From: Stylophora pistillata
Taxonomy: Eukaryota
Assembly: GCF_002571385.2 (NCBI RefSeq)
Contig: NW_019217917.1
Location: 133,906 to 197,905, forward strand
Direction: 5' to 3'
DNA: 64,000 bases
The position numbers were made by a program, and so were the translations under genes. This document shows positions 36,274-51,200 of this stretch, one piece after another (positions within the stretch are counted from its first letter, which is position 1; the number at the start of each line of letters is the position of its first letter). The notes under the pieces were generated by a model, which was given only the letters and a program-made list of their open reading frames with translations, searched no databases and had not been told where the DNA came from.

Positions 36274-39200
36274 ATGGGTGAGTGATACCTAGTTTTATCG
36301 TCATGACATGACATTCTAAAGAATTAATTATGCTGTGCATGACACCACTTTGTCACATCTAGCAATTAGAATCGTAACCAAAGTAATATAATTGGTATGT
36401 GCGTTATGTTGGTTGGCGAAATTGCCTCAGTGAATTTGCAAATGTGCTTTCCAATTTCATACAGGAAAAACTTGAACTGCTGCACAATTAATTTTACAGA
36501 GGGATCCATTTGTTCACCACGTAAGCATGTTTAGTGACGTGCAAATTCATGGAAGTTTTTCCTAATGAAGTAATAGATCTGAATGAAACGACCTTTGGTC
36601 GGTAAAAAAGTACAACTCACTATTAGCTTGATATCTTGACAATTTTATGCGACGAAAGTGAATACTGGTTTATCAAATTCCGTTTTTTTGCTCCAGCATG
36701 AAGATAGTATGTTTCATCTTCACGCTAGATAATTATTGAATTTTTTTTTTGTTCCCTCATTTTCTCACTTAAACAGTTCCGCTCGAAAAGTCTCCAAAAC
36801 GAGCCTCGAAAAAAAGTTGCAACTCAATCGTGGCCAAGATTCTGGGGTCCCCTAAGAGAATCTCAAATAAATTGACGGTCTTGTTCGCCGGCTCCGCTTT
36901 GCGTCGACTCATTGATGAACAATGCCCTCATTCCTCTGGGCTAATTGCCGAAACCACCAGTTCATTGTTTACCCCGAGGCTCTAATATCGGTTTGTTATT
37001 CGGTGTGTACGTCTTTCGAGAATCCGTGCTAATCTAGAGAACAAAAAGATTTTGACTCAATTACTCATTCGATTGAAACACAAGACCACATCGGAACTGT
37101 AAATCGAGGTAAGTGTAGTCCTAATCCTGCACATATACAACAGCATCGGATGGAATTAGGTCGAAGTATTGCACAAGAAATTATAATAAACTCCGCACAT
37201 AACGTTCGAATCGTCTTTTGTTTTGAACCTAAGCGATAATTCATAGAGCTCTCTGAACTGTCACTAAAAGTTGATAGCCGGCGGTGATCGTGATGGTTCA
37301 CATTTTTTCAACAAAATTAAATTTGTTGATGTTCTAATGAATGGTTTTTCGTTGTATTCATGAACATACCGTGCGTTTTATAACTTTGTTGTGCTAAGAG
37401 CTCAGTCCATATGCGTTTACAGGAACTAAATGTGGACCGATTCCAGCGTTTTAAATCTGTCTTGCAATGTTTGTACAGTCCAAATCATTTCAGTGGTTTA
37501 TTGTTTTATTAGACTGAATTCAAAAGCGACGATCCAAACGTTGTTCAAAATGTTTGAACAGAATGTTTCGATTATTGTAACTTCGTAAAGATGTAAAGAT
37601 TCAATATTACAGCGAATACTGTCAAAATATCGTCATGATCATAGTTGACGACTTAAGAGAATTATTTAGAAATTTGACAGTGTTTAGTTAAACAAACAAA
37701 CAGTTCCCTCTTAAAAATTAGTGGGATTCAAAGGGAAATATGCTGTGCTTCTTATTGAAATGAAGGCAAGTATATTCAACAGGAAAAATAATGTACGTCA
37801 TTTCATAGTTTTACTACGGAAAAAATTCTGATTTTAAAATTTAATACAATTAATAAACGATGTTCATCCTCATTGAGCCGATTAGTACATGCACAAGAAA
37901 CAATTAATATTTACAAAGAAAGACTTCGAGAGATCATAATTGAAAGTTAAGTTCTCAAAGGCCTCGTCACGTTTTTAGAAGACGCGCATTCTTTGTTGCT
38001 TGTAAGAAACCTCAAAATAATGTAAAATAACCTAATTACTCATACCAATCATAGTCTGCAGCCACACTCGGAAATACCTGGTTTTTTGTTCATCCTGTTT
38101 TGATGCCCATTCATGTTTACGAAAAAGGAAACAAAATAATGACAGCAAGACATGACCTGTTTCTTTTGTTCAGTCTCGTGCTAATCGCTCTTGTTGTGTC
38201 TGACAAAATTAACAACATTTTGGTCTTGTGGGGGTTTATCTTCTGACGGAACAAGGCTGATACTTGCGCACTTTTCAAACAATGAAATTAAACTCAAGTA
38301 TTAGGAAACTTCTGAAAAATTAAGTAAACAAAGGTGAGAGTATGCGGAGGGAAAAGGAACAGAAATATATTCTGTTCACAGAGCTCTTGACTCGTTTTTA
38401 CCTTGATTGGTTTCGACAGAGTTCAGATCAGTCATTTATTATCACTGCTCGTGCATGAAATACAAAATAAAGTCAGACCCAGCTTAATAATTAACGTTTG
38501 CATTGTTCTTACGTCATTTCAAGTGCATTTCACAAGATAAAGTCCAATGTCCGGCAGACCCAAGGGCAAGGTCATTCTTTTTCTTTATGGAAATGTTCTT
38601 TGCCATAGTCCGTCACATTGGCGAATTCATGTTAGTCTTCACTCTGCATTCCACTTATACAATGCAGCTCAACAGCAATTCTGAATTAAGAAATGCGACT
38701 TCTTCTCCCCAGGAGAATGCTTTTCACTTACTTGACATTAAATCTTGGGCTAAAGAATTATGGGAAATAGAAGTGGTTTGTTTGTAGTGAGGTAATAATG
38801 AATTTGCTTCGGGTCGAAAAGAAAAAACAAACAAAAAAACTTCTGATTGACAAAAGCAATTGAAATCCAAACTCGCGTTCCAAGCCTATGCAAGCTGATA
38901 AAAGCAAATTACCCAGGAAATGATGTCCTGGATAATTTGGTCATCGACGGAGTTGATAATTTGGTTATTAACTGAGTTGATAATGTAAATTGGCCACCGT
39001 AAAGAGTTTTAGAACTGACATTTCAAGCGGTAGCCTATATCAGATCGAATGTGCATTAACGACCAAAATTGTTATAGAACAGAATGGAATTTCAGAGATG
39101 ATAATGTCGATGTTGGTGTACCCATCAGTGATTAAAGGAAATTCAAATCTCCTTATCCAAAAAAAAAGATATATAACTAGAGAGAGAATTAAAGACATCC

Positions 39201-42200
39201 CTTTCGAAGAGAGATTTTCAGATTTTACGGAGACTTCTGTTTAATCGGCAGTCGACAACAACTTGAAGAAGTGTTACTTGCTTATCTTCAGAACAATGAA
39301 AATCTCTTTCATTTCCTTACTGTTAAAAGAAAGTTTCGTATGTGTTTCGTGAATGTATTTTTTCTCCTTAGTTTAATATCTATGTATTTTATTTTTCAAG
39401 GACTCAGTGAATTAGAAGATTTACGACAACGCTATAGTCGCCTGGAGGAGCTCTATAGCGAAACCGTCAAGGAAAGAGACCTAGCCATCGAGGAGAGGGA
39501 CAAAGCTACTGTGCTTATTGCCCTTCAGTTACAAAGCGAGACCGAAGAACTGAACAAGCAGATTGAAAAATTGCAAATTCAAAACAGGAAGTTGGACGAA
39601 GAGAATCAGGATCTTGAAATAAGACTCGGGTATGCCAAGGATGACCTGAATAAGTTGCAGCAAAGGCACATAGAACTACAGATCGAGCAAGAGAGATGTT
39701 TACAAGAGAAAGAAGATGCGTTGGCCAAACTGAGAGAATTTGATAATTTTAGGGATAAAAGCCACATTAATGAATTCATTGATAAACAAGGTGAAGTGAA
39801 AATGGCGAGCGGAGAAAAGGTAGGTTGCTGACCGAGCTTTCAATCTACTGGCATTAATAAATTTCATACTTCAACTCTTACAAGCAACCAATACTTAATT
39901 TCTCCTAACAATATATATATCTTATTAACCAAGCGCGAGGGCCGTACTGGGAGAATATCGGCCCGAGGTCTTGACTGTACGGACCGAGCGCAGCGAGGTC
40001 CGTACAAAAAAGACCGAGGGCCGATATTCTTCCAGTACGGTCCCGAGCAAACTTGGTTAATAAGAGATTTATTATACGACTGAAGTACAAAGGGACACAA
40101 GTGCAGTATCATTCGGGACCATTCGGGACGGTGCTCGGTCCAATACTGAGAGAATATTGACCGGCAATAGAGCATTTTGATTGGCTGATTTTAGTTATCG
40201 GCCCTCTGACTGCCCGAGTCGTGTAATAAATATGCGTTATCAAGGAAACAAACGATGAGAGTGGATGTACATAACATACAGGGAAGACTGTTTGATTTAA
40301 CTCAAAATTCTCAGAACTAACCGTTAGAAATGCAAGGCCGACCATTCAGTTATGTGCACCGTATTTTACCTATTTTAGTATAGAACAACATCCTTTTAAT
40401 GATATGTTTACAAAGTAATAATAATGGAAAAGAACTGCATCACATGATCAGCGCTTGTCCTTCCATCCATTTGGCAAAAAAGTCCAAGTAAAGTGGAGAA
40501 TACTCTTTACTAAACATGGAAAAATGATAGATAGATAGAAACTACTATTGACTTATAAACTTAAAACTGCAGAAGCCCGAACTCAGAAGGAAAAGGGGAA
40601 ATGTCATGAGACACCGTGGAATTCGATTTATAGCCAGTAGAAAATAATTTAATACTTTAAAATGAGTTATCTATATTCGAGAGAGAAAGGTTCCGTTTCG
40701 TTTGACCAATTGCTGCCAAAATTACTCTAATTTCTCTTTTATGAGTCGTGATTATATCCTGTCTTCCTTGTGAAATTAACCGACGAGACCAAGAGCCGTG
40801 ACAATGTTTTTAAGGGCTAAATTCCTCAAACGTTTTGGAGGTCAAATTGGTCTAAATGATTTACAAAAGAGAAGTAAACAGCTTAATTTTGGAAGCCAAA
40901 CATTTCTCAAAAATGGCGTATTCCGTGAGCAAAAGATTGCTTTGAGCGTAAATTTCTTAGTAAACTTAGCAAATCAAATCAAGAAATGGTCTCCCGCTCG
41001 ATTCACGGCTTTTCAATTTAACAAGAATCAGTGATTGAATTATCCCTTTTTTTTCATTTCCCAACGGTGTGCTCTTTTGTTCACGGGCGAAAACGTTACC
41101 ACAATGCATTCACTGAACCGTGCGCTGTTTTTGTATCCGTGTGATTTGAATAGTCAAGCGCCAGTCTCTCGAGCAAACAAGTCAATTTTGCTTTGGGAAC
41201 GTCGTAAAAAATGTGGCCCAACATCGATTGGTCGGATCTCAGTTTAGTTTCTAAATCTGCTGTAAGCGACGAGGTTTCTGTAGCGTCCGAAAATGAGTTC
41301 CACAAGCTACCTGCCGTCTTTTGGTAAATAACGTAGAGATGCACAAATTCTTCGAACAACTGAGCACGATATTTGAGGTTAGTTTCTTCTTTTAAATCAA
41401 TTTTTACCGCCTTCATGAAACCTCATTAGTGATAAAGTCACTCCGTTATGTAAAATGTTACCATCGCACGCCAATATCGCACACAAATTACTTTCGACAT
41501 GGCAAAGTTTCTAGAGTTTTACGTTCATTATAAAACAAATGAAAAGTTCATAGATGAAATATCTGTGTGAAGAGATGAATTAGTAAAAAAATCGTACGAG
41601 TCCCAGTATAAAGATTACGCAAATTTTTTTCTCATGTCGATATTAGTATGTACTTTCGAACTGATGCTGCGAAGTAATCTTCTCATAAAATTTTATCGAA
41701 GCGTTTCTTGCATAATTATGTGATCGGATTATTACTCCGGTCATTTTGAACTCGTGAATTTATATGGTGGTAAACATTCTAAGGAATCCAAAATATGCTG
41801 TTACTGATGAATCCAAGTGCACGGAAAACCTTGGTTGACAACTGTATTTCCCCCAACCTTCTGTTTATCTTTTACCATAAACACATCTTGTGGTGGTAAA
41901 AGGCCTTCGATCATTTCAGCTTTGTAATGTTTGCGTCACTGAGTCCTGTATTTCCGAATGTCTATTAGCCTCTTGACGGAAGATGACTATGCAGTTAATG
42001 ACACTAAAAGCGCATGTCTTTGACCACGTCTTCGAGTAAAACTACTTAATCGAGATGTTTTGAAAACTACCACCAAAATGGCGGTATGTATATTTTACCA
42101 GGAGGTAGAATAAAAACCAGAGACTACCTGTCTACAGAATGGACGCTATTTTTATTCAGAAAAATATGAATTTTTCATGAAATCTGAAAATAGCTATTCA

Positions 42201-45200
42201 GCTTAATGACCTCTGTTATTATTTGTGGTTACTTTTGCCTTCCCTAACGACTGCACATACTTCAAACTAATTGGTTTAATAAAATTGACCGACATAAACA
42301 CAGTCGTTGCCTCTAAGACGAGCCTTTCCATGAAATTTGTTTTTCCTTTATTATTAGGATCCCGCTTACAGCAATGTCAGGGACGAGATTTTCACATCAG
42401 GTAGGCTATTGTACCTTTGTTTGACTTACAATGGGGCTAACGAGTCTGGAAAGGTTCGTTAGATCCCTTGCTGATTACTTCAACGTATGTCCAATTTAGT
42501 TTGTGAGCGAAACAATAGAAACATGTAGGATGAAAATGCATTATAACAGCCTAGAGCTTCTTAAACATATTTTCAGGAGTAAATCATCATAGAAAAGTAG
42601 GAATGTAGGCGTTGCCATCATTTCTTACTGATGACGGTTGCACCACCGATTGTGCAAAGGTATAGATGAATGGCTTCGTATCTACGCTAGTCGCTTCCGA
42701 AAGGCCACCTTCTAAGCTCTCTGTCAAGTACAGTGGCGGATCCAGACACTTAGTTAAGGGTTGGGGGGGGGCTTTTTGTTTGTGTGTGTACACTTGCCGC
42801 TTTTTCTTCTCTCGGCGTATATATTTTTACCCAAATAAATGGGGGGGGAGGCTTTCTAAACCATCTCTAGGTCCGCCACTGATATTGTCGGTATGACCCG
42901 TACGGTTTCAAATAGAGCTGAATGTCTTCAAGTTTTTTACTCTGTAATCTCCAGAGGTCACAACCTCGTTCCCAGGGTCTCTCATCTTCCCGTCCCCCGG
43001 AGCGTGCTCGCTCCAGGGGGCGGGAAGATGAGAGACCCTGGGAACCAGATTGCAGAGGTCACTTCTCTGTACTGCGACCATTAAAATAATTCGTTAGCGT
43101 GTATAACTCTGCATCAACTATACCATTTGCTGCTAATCATATTCCGCCACGAGATTATGACACCTGATCATGGGTTAGTTCACTCATCCTCTATACCTGT
43201 ATCTTTTTCTGAGCAAAATGGCGAGCGATCGCGCCAAGATTTTGCACCGCTCTAGGATCCGGCGAAAACATTCTGACTCATCTCGTTCCTCTGTTCTGTC
43301 TTCCTCTTCCCATCACTTTTCATGTTTTTCTCTACACCGTGTGCGCTACGTTTGCCTTTTTCCCTTTGTGCCCTTCACTGTGAATCCTTACTTGTACTCC
43401 CCTGCCGGGCTGGTCCCGAGAGACCGATTATCCTTTATTAGAAGTATCCTCCACTGATGGCTCACTTATAGATTTCCTCTGCCTATTATCAAGTTCATGG
43501 CTTATATCAACTTCCTATGTGCTGATGCTACCCAAGCAGAATCATCATAATGATTACCGCACACTTTATTTGAGATTAAAGGCGCAGGAAGTGTGCTTTT
43601 GAAAAATCTTCTTGTGTTCTCGTTTCTGTTTACTCCGTTTTATTTTACCTTGGTGTCTATTACACAAAAATAAAGTTCTTAATTCGATGGTAATTTTGCA
43701 CTACCATATTTAGAACGTTTCCAATGTTAAGATGAACTACTCATAATCTTACGATTTTTATCCAAGGTATCGAAGAAGACCTGGAACTGCAACCCAAACC
43801 ACCCGTGACACTGAAGAAGTCAAGTCTGGAGGATGTATATGATGTCCATGCGGAAATTGGAAAGTAAGAAACAGTGTTCTCATAGGAAAATGTTATCACT
43901 TGATAACATTAAGCGGGAACAGTAAAAGTTTTTCCTTTTGTACATCGGTAAAAGACTTTCCTTCTAAGTGACATTATCCACTCAAAGGAGCACTTTTCAT
44001 TCAAAAGGCAGAACTGGGAAATACCCAGCGATGGACTAGTTTGCCACCCCGAGTATCTTGAAGATTCATTTCTGTAACCAAAAAAATCATTTTCCGACGT
44101 GGTGGTGATTAGGTAAATGTGTAACATCTTGTTTCTCCTCGAACAGAGGGAAGTTTGGTGTGGTGAAGAAAGTCACAGAACGTTCCTCGAAGACCACGTT
44201 CGCGGCCAAACACATTCGGCTCAGCTCAGCTGGTAGTGGTTCATCGCGAGACGATATCATGCGTGAAATTGATATAATGAACAAGCTACACCATAAGAGG
44301 CTTGTGGGATTGGTTGATGCATTTGATACGTCCACGAATATCGTCATGATCATGGAATTGTGAGTATCAAAACAGGGCTGGATTAAGATAACTATACAAC
44401 ACTTACAATTTCCATAATTTCCATTAGGGAATCCTTAAAACTAGCTTAAAAAAAAAGAAAATATGGAAAGAATGTGGTACATCGGGAGGAGAAAAGTGAA
44501 CTGATATGATTAATTCACGAATAGATTAAAATGATGGCTATCTTTTTCCCTCTATTTCTTCCTATTTTGAGGAGCTGGTAACAGGATTTTGGAACGCCCT
44601 GTGAAAGCTTCCTTGCTCAACATTTTTTTTTTTGATTTGCACCTTCAGTCTCCTTCTCAAAATTGATTCAGTTAGAACTTCAATCAGCAGGGTTTAATTA
44701 AAGAGTAATTTTAAGATTTAACTTAAGATTAATTGAAGTCCCAAGGTATATCTTATGATAATTTTAGTTTTTATTTTTTTTTAGTGTGTCTGGAGGTGAG
44801 TTATTTGAACGAGTGGCGGATGCCGATTGTCTGACAGAGAGAGAAGCTTCCTTTTACATGTACCAATTACTGCAGGGTCTGCAATACATGCACACGAAGA
44901 ATATTGTGCATCTAGATCTAAAGGTAGGAAATATCTTGAGGTAAAGCTTAAAAAGGAAAAACGTCCTGACCAGAAGATAAAAACGGTCCCACCTTCCTTC
45001 TACTTGCTAACGCAGAAGGAAATGTTACCAAGTAACCTATAGATACTACCACTTATTTCTTCCCCATACTAACCTATATGTACCATTACTTAAATAAAAG
45101 TTAATTTGAATCAGTGTATACAGATATCAAATTTGTACTGTAAAAGATAAATTGTGTCAAAAACTAAGTAGTTTGAGATGCACGAGCCATGAGTTTCCAA

Positions 45201-48200
45201 TAGTGACGAGGAGCTGATTTTAAGGGTGCCAGAAGATCCAACTGAACGAAGAGCTACCTCAGTTTTGTACTAATAAACAATGTGAGGGCAAATGCTTCCA
45301 AAACTTCCTTGTTTTTCTTTTTTGCCGCAGCCTGAAAATATCGTCTGCGTCAGCAAGGATAGTTGGGACATCAAACTTATCGACTTTGGCTTAGCACAGG
45401 AGCTCGTGCCAGGGGTCCGAATGACTGCACTCAAGGGAACCCCTGAGTTCATGGGTAAGTTTTCTCCACCATGTCCCTTTACAACTCACACATCCTACCG
45501 AATAACACCAATCAAAGTTATTCGAGAACAGCACCTTTCTTTCCAGTCATCCTTATTTTTGTTTCTGTTTAGTTCCCTACCTGCTTATGTTTGTATTTTG
45601 CTTAAATTTTTGCTAGTTTCTGTTTGCTTCTTCAATTGTTTTTTTATTTAATGTTTTTCTTTTTTCATTAGCCCCTGAAGCAGTCAATTTTGAGCCCATT
45701 TCATTGGCTACTGATATGTGGTATGTAATTAAACTTATCTTAAGTGATCACTCACGCCTCGTCGTATTAAGGGAAGAGGCCATAAGTTTCCATTATTTCC
45801 TTGGTTAAAATAAAGGGAAATTAATCAATGTGACCAATTATCACAGTGAATGCAGTGTAGTTATGCACTACAGCAAAAATGAAGCAAGTCACTAAAATTC
45901 AGAAAAAGGGGAACGTTTACTTAAGAGTGCGAATACCAGAAAAGAAAATCTAGAAAAGATTCGCGCCTAGTCCAGGAATATTATTCAGGATCACTTGCTT
46001 GTCGTTATGGAGACTTTGGTTATTTAGCGACTTCGATCCTGGGCCAGAGATGGAAACCACTGGAAGGTACTTTTAAAATTAAGAGTACAAGTTTTACGAG
46101 TATCCAATAGTCTTTCTGGTAAGACTACTCCCTATTTTTCATAAAAAGTAATGAAGTTCTTTGTATTATGTTTTAGGAGCGTTGGTGTTATAGCTTACAT
46201 CCTGTGAGTATCTCGTAATATGAAGTTTTTTGTAGGTGATTTTGCGGCTTTATATAGATATAACTGGTGCACTAGGGTATTGAAGGTCTTCTTCACAAAC
46301 GGCTTGTTCTTCAAGAAGAGTGGTCTAAATTTCGTTTGTTCATCATTTGCGACCCATGTTTTAATCTTGTTTATCTTTTGTCATCGCTGTTTTTTTGCTT
46401 ATTATTACGTCATTGCATTCTTAACTAAAACTCTTGTTTCGACGCAGAGAAAGATTCAAAATAGCATGTTTTCGTGAGTCCCTTCGTTATCTGTTTAAGA
46501 AATTGGGTCGTTCATTTTCCCGAAAAAGAAGAAAACGCAAAACAAAACAAAAAGGACATTAGCCAGGAACATAAAAGTGCTGCGAACAGTAATGCAATTT
46601 GTGTTTGGCAACGCCAGTTAGGTTAACCAAGACCCTATTTCAAACCCATATTGCGGTTATGCGAATCTACAGCAAAATTGATATTTTGATTTTATTTAGT
46701 CTAAGTGGGTTGTCACCTTTTCTGGGAGAAGATAACAATGAAACCCTAGCCAATGTGACTGCTGTGGAGTGGGACTTTGAAGATGAGAGCTTTGACGTCA
46801 TCTCCGACGAAGCTAAAAATTTTATAGCTCAACTATTGGTAAAAAGCAACAGGTATGTTTAGTTACAAATTTATTACGTCTCTCAATAGCTTGACATTCA
46901 AGTCTCTATAGAGGTTTTGCACAGCAGCCATGTTGGATGGCAGGAACAATGAATATATTTTGCATACGAAAGAATTTTTTCCCATGGGTAAAATAATCTA
47001 TTGTTCCTACCATCCAACATGGCTGCTGTGCAAAACCTCTATACGAGCTCTCATAAAGCACCGATTAAAAAACACTTCACTATCTTCCAAAGTACTTTCG
47101 TTTTATTCAGAACAAGCTTAGCTTTGTGAACCTTAATTATCTGGCTGGTCAAGATTCAATGCAAGGCGTGACAATTGTGGACGTCATCATTTCCTGAACA
47201 GTTTAATTTTTCTACCTATGCAGCACAACATTATCCATGTTACTTATCTATTCACTATTTTGAAACTTCAGAAAAAGGAACACAGTCAAACATAGTCTGG
47301 AGCATGAATGGATGAAGGTAACTGATGAATTTTACAAGCAGTTTTAAAAATTAATGAGCCATCGAATAAAATTCTGCATAATCATCTTTTTGATGTTGGA
47401 ATCAGCAGCGGTGTGTTTTAACCCCTTCAACTTCCTGTTCAAAATTAATGATTCTCCTGTGGGAATTCCGTACGTTTCCTCGTACGATGTTTAGTAAACT
47501 CATTGTTGAATCAAATGACCACCTAAAGCTGATTTTTTTATTTCAATTTCACCCTCTTGTTTGACAATGCAAGTGGCATAATAAGTTGTTTCATGATCGC
47601 AGCTGAACGTAAAATGGTTTAAAAGGCAGAGTTCAATCCGCGGTGGTCCTTAAGAGCAAAAAGATTGTACCGTCCATATATAGCCCAAAGTTGGTTTATT
47701 TTCAAACTGCTAAGTGATTAGTAGAGTAAAAATAAATAAATAAATGAAATACAAGTGAAGACAATTGTAGCTAAGAGCGGTTTAATCAATGCATAAAAGT
47801 GTAGATCATGAATCTCCCGTGATGATCAATGACTGACTGATTGATTAACTTATTGATTATATGTTTCATTTTCCTTATGTTTCATTTTCCTTATTTCAGA
47901 AAAGTGCATCAGCAAATGCTGTCAAAATAGACACCAAGAAGCTAAAACAGTTTTTAGCAAAACGAAGGTGGCAGGTGAGAGACTGGTAGACGCTCCCTAA
48001 CGTTCTAGATGACATTGTTACAGAAGCTTTAGGTCAACAAACCATATTATCTTTTGCACTTCACTCGAGTCGGTGCTGTTTTGCTCGGGTAGATAAAGAA
48101 CATGAAACCATCCCCACTCAGTCCACAGTTTTCGTGTTCAGTGGCTGAACAAACGTCTCACAAAACATCTCAAAATTCTGTTTTTGTCCTTGGATTAAAA

Positions 48201-51200
48201 TTTGTTTTATTTTTATTATGTTGCTCTATTCTTTTCACATTGTAATAACCATGAAATATTAATCAAGCAATAAATGAATGATTACTAACATTGATGATTT
48301 GACGTGATTTGCTAACTCTTAACAACTAATAATAATCAATAATTTGAAATCAATACTGCTAATTAGATACTTGACAATGAATGTTACTAAATTTAATCGA
48401 TTATCTAAAGCACGTTTCTTTGATTAAAATGTACAGGTTCATTTTTATAACATTCATCTCTCAGTTAATAACTCACCCATAACAACTCCGTTCTCGACGT
48501 CTGAAAATAGTACTATGATGAAAGTCCAAAATTTTTGGCCACACATGCACAATATGGTAATTCAAAGCAACAGCATTCGTCTAAATTAAACTAACTGGCA
48601 CAGTACTTATGTGGTAAACATGGGCACTCGCAACCCACATCACGTCAATGAAATCTATACATGTACTCACAGATTCCCTTCTTAAGCGAAAGTGCCAGTC
48701 ATTCAAAGATGCTGACTGAGGATGAAATCCTCGAGGTTAGTCGAATGTGGAATCGTCAAATGTCGTCATGGTAACAGACGTGTTGGCTGCCCGTGTGTTT
48801 GCACTGGTTCTACTATGTACCGTCTATTTATCAGAGCTTCTATGTCTAAAGTTTGCAGTAGGATAAAAAAAATCCTACAAAGTCTGCTTTATTTCTGTGA
48901 CATGATTTCGCTCTTACATAGGTTGACTTTCTTTTCCACTGCTTACTTTTACGGAAGGATTCTTTGTAGTGGTAACGTTNGGACTATTTTAACTAATGGC
49001 TTGAAAAGGGAGGCGAGAAAATTGATCAGAATTTACATCAGGGCCATGTTCTGCCTCCCTAAAACTTTTGTTTGCATCTTCAGAACACTGAAAAATTTAC
49101 TTTCAGAGGCTCTGGCGATTCAGTTCTGTTTATGGCTCCATGGATAAAGTGAATTTTGTTATGAGTAATTTTTTCCTGTAAGCAATTTGTGAGAATTACT
49201 GACCTATGTAGGCTTGGAATTTTTAATCCAAAAGCACTCCCAACATGGGTCTCGAATGTCAAGTAACTTTGATTTGTTTTCCTTTTAGAAATCTGTGAAC
49301 GCACTAAAAGCAGTCCGTCGATTATCCACATTGTCATCTCTCATGAAAATTAAAAATCGTCCTTCGATTGCGCCGTCGTTACCAACTCTTCTTTCCTCCA
49401 AGGAGGATGTTGAAGATACAACTGGCAATGATGGAATTCGTGAAGAAAAAGGTGAAGATGAAGCTGGCGAAACTACCAACGAAGAATATGTATCAAAAGA
49501 GGAGGCTCACGAGGAAAAGCCGAAAGGCAAGTGTATGAGAAATCTAGCACTTGATAAACAAAATAAGTGGACTAATTTAACCTTTTGCCGGCTTATTGAC
49601 CAACGGACTAACGACGAGCGAGTTAAATGACTAACTAGTTTAATCAACCGTGGAATTACTAATCACTGATTTACTGGCTTGAGAAGTGTTTGTGAGACTA
49701 ACTGACTGTCTGATTGACTGACAACTCCGTGAGCGGCTAAACGAGCGAGTGTGCTAGTGGGCGAGCGAATGAGTGATCGTGAAGAGGTGAACGAGGAAAT
49801 GAATGCTTGCCTTCGTGCGTGCCTTCGTGCGTGCTCCGTCATTCTGTGAGTGATTCAGATGGTGAGTGAGTGGGTGAGTAAGCGAGTCAAAGTTGACTGA
49901 CCATGTAGCTTACCGAAAACCAAAACTGTTTCTTGAGTAAGTGAAGGACTGATTGACTGACTTGATAAGAAACTTACTACGTATGATGCACGATCCTCGC
50001 AGTAGAGCTTACTGATAGGCTCACAAATAAACTAACATGTCGCTGACAAGGCTTGGATTTGATTTAATTTGATTGGAAGTTTAAAGTTTACTGTAGAAAA
50101 TAAGTTTATTGGTTGGATTTAGATCAACCTGTTGACTTGTGAATGGATTAATAGCCCTTATCGCATTTACGCCTACTGTACGAGAGCTTAGCGGACTTTG
50201 AAGTTTCGAAACGAGGCTATCGGGTCACACAGGTAAAACTTTCAAGTAAAATTGAAGCAAATGGCTACGTTTGGAGGCATTTTTATTCATTTTATTAAGG
50301 ATACAGCATGTTCTCGTCATGGTTAGACATTGTATTGCGTACGGGTGCAACAGTCTATTCAGTGAATCGGCAACTGACGAGATCCACAAGATTAGGATCG
50401 AAACCGCGGTCTTGCCAAACACGTTCAACTATCAAACTAGAGACGAACAAAACGCGCATAAAAAACCTCTCAAATAAAGAACTTATAAACGACCAGATTA
50501 ATTTACTGGTAAAAAGGCCTAAATTCATTCCAGCACCCGCTACAAAAGAAAAACAGATCAGACAACAACTATTGTGTGACTTTGATCAGTTCGCCAGGAG
50601 AATGCGTCTGATTTACATATTCCGAGGGGAGGACAAAAAACCCATCTCTACCACGTCAAATTTACAAGGATACCACCAATACAAAAATCAGTAGCCCTTG
50701 AAAGCTATTTAGAAGAGGTTAAAAGTGACTTTTCAGAAATATAAATTACAAAGCCAAAAGATAATTTGCTTCCGGCCGAACGCAAGGCGCTGAGGGCCTT
50801 GAAACGTGACTCTGATTTAAACCTCAAAAAGGCCGACAAAGGAACAACAACCGTAGTCATGAACAAACGCGACANNNNNNNNNNNGGAGAGTACTGTTGC
50901 GTAGCTCAAAATGAGGCTGGAAGAGTCACATGTGCAGGATGGTTAACAGTTGAAAGTATGCTTCAATGTCTTTCAAGTTGTCTTCCCTTCTAAGCCTGAT
51001 CGTCGAGCAGCCAAATGAAATAAGTTTTGTTAAAAGCATTTTGAATCGTATCCTACATCCTTTGAAATCTAAGAGCGCTCGAGCTTGTAGACGATAAACC
51101 CCTCCTGGGGTCTGTTTCTCGAAAGTTCCGGTAACCTAACAGGCCCGAAGCCATGTTTTAAAATCAAAATTTAGAGGATAGGAAAACAGGTTCTGGCACC

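Noticed and set aside
37038-37108. Strong donor GAG|gtaagt upstream of the kinase gene
   Set aside because: No ATG-initiated open frame leads into it. It may be a non-coding exon, but I cannot support it as CDS.
41804-41832. CTGATGA...GAAA hammerhead-like words (also 48716-48760)
   Set aside because: Stems I-III do not form and there is no properly placed GAAA/NUH.
43218-43457. 79-aa ORF with strong AAAATGGCG start in a kinase intron
   Set aside because: Low complexity, no recognisable domain and no convincing donor.
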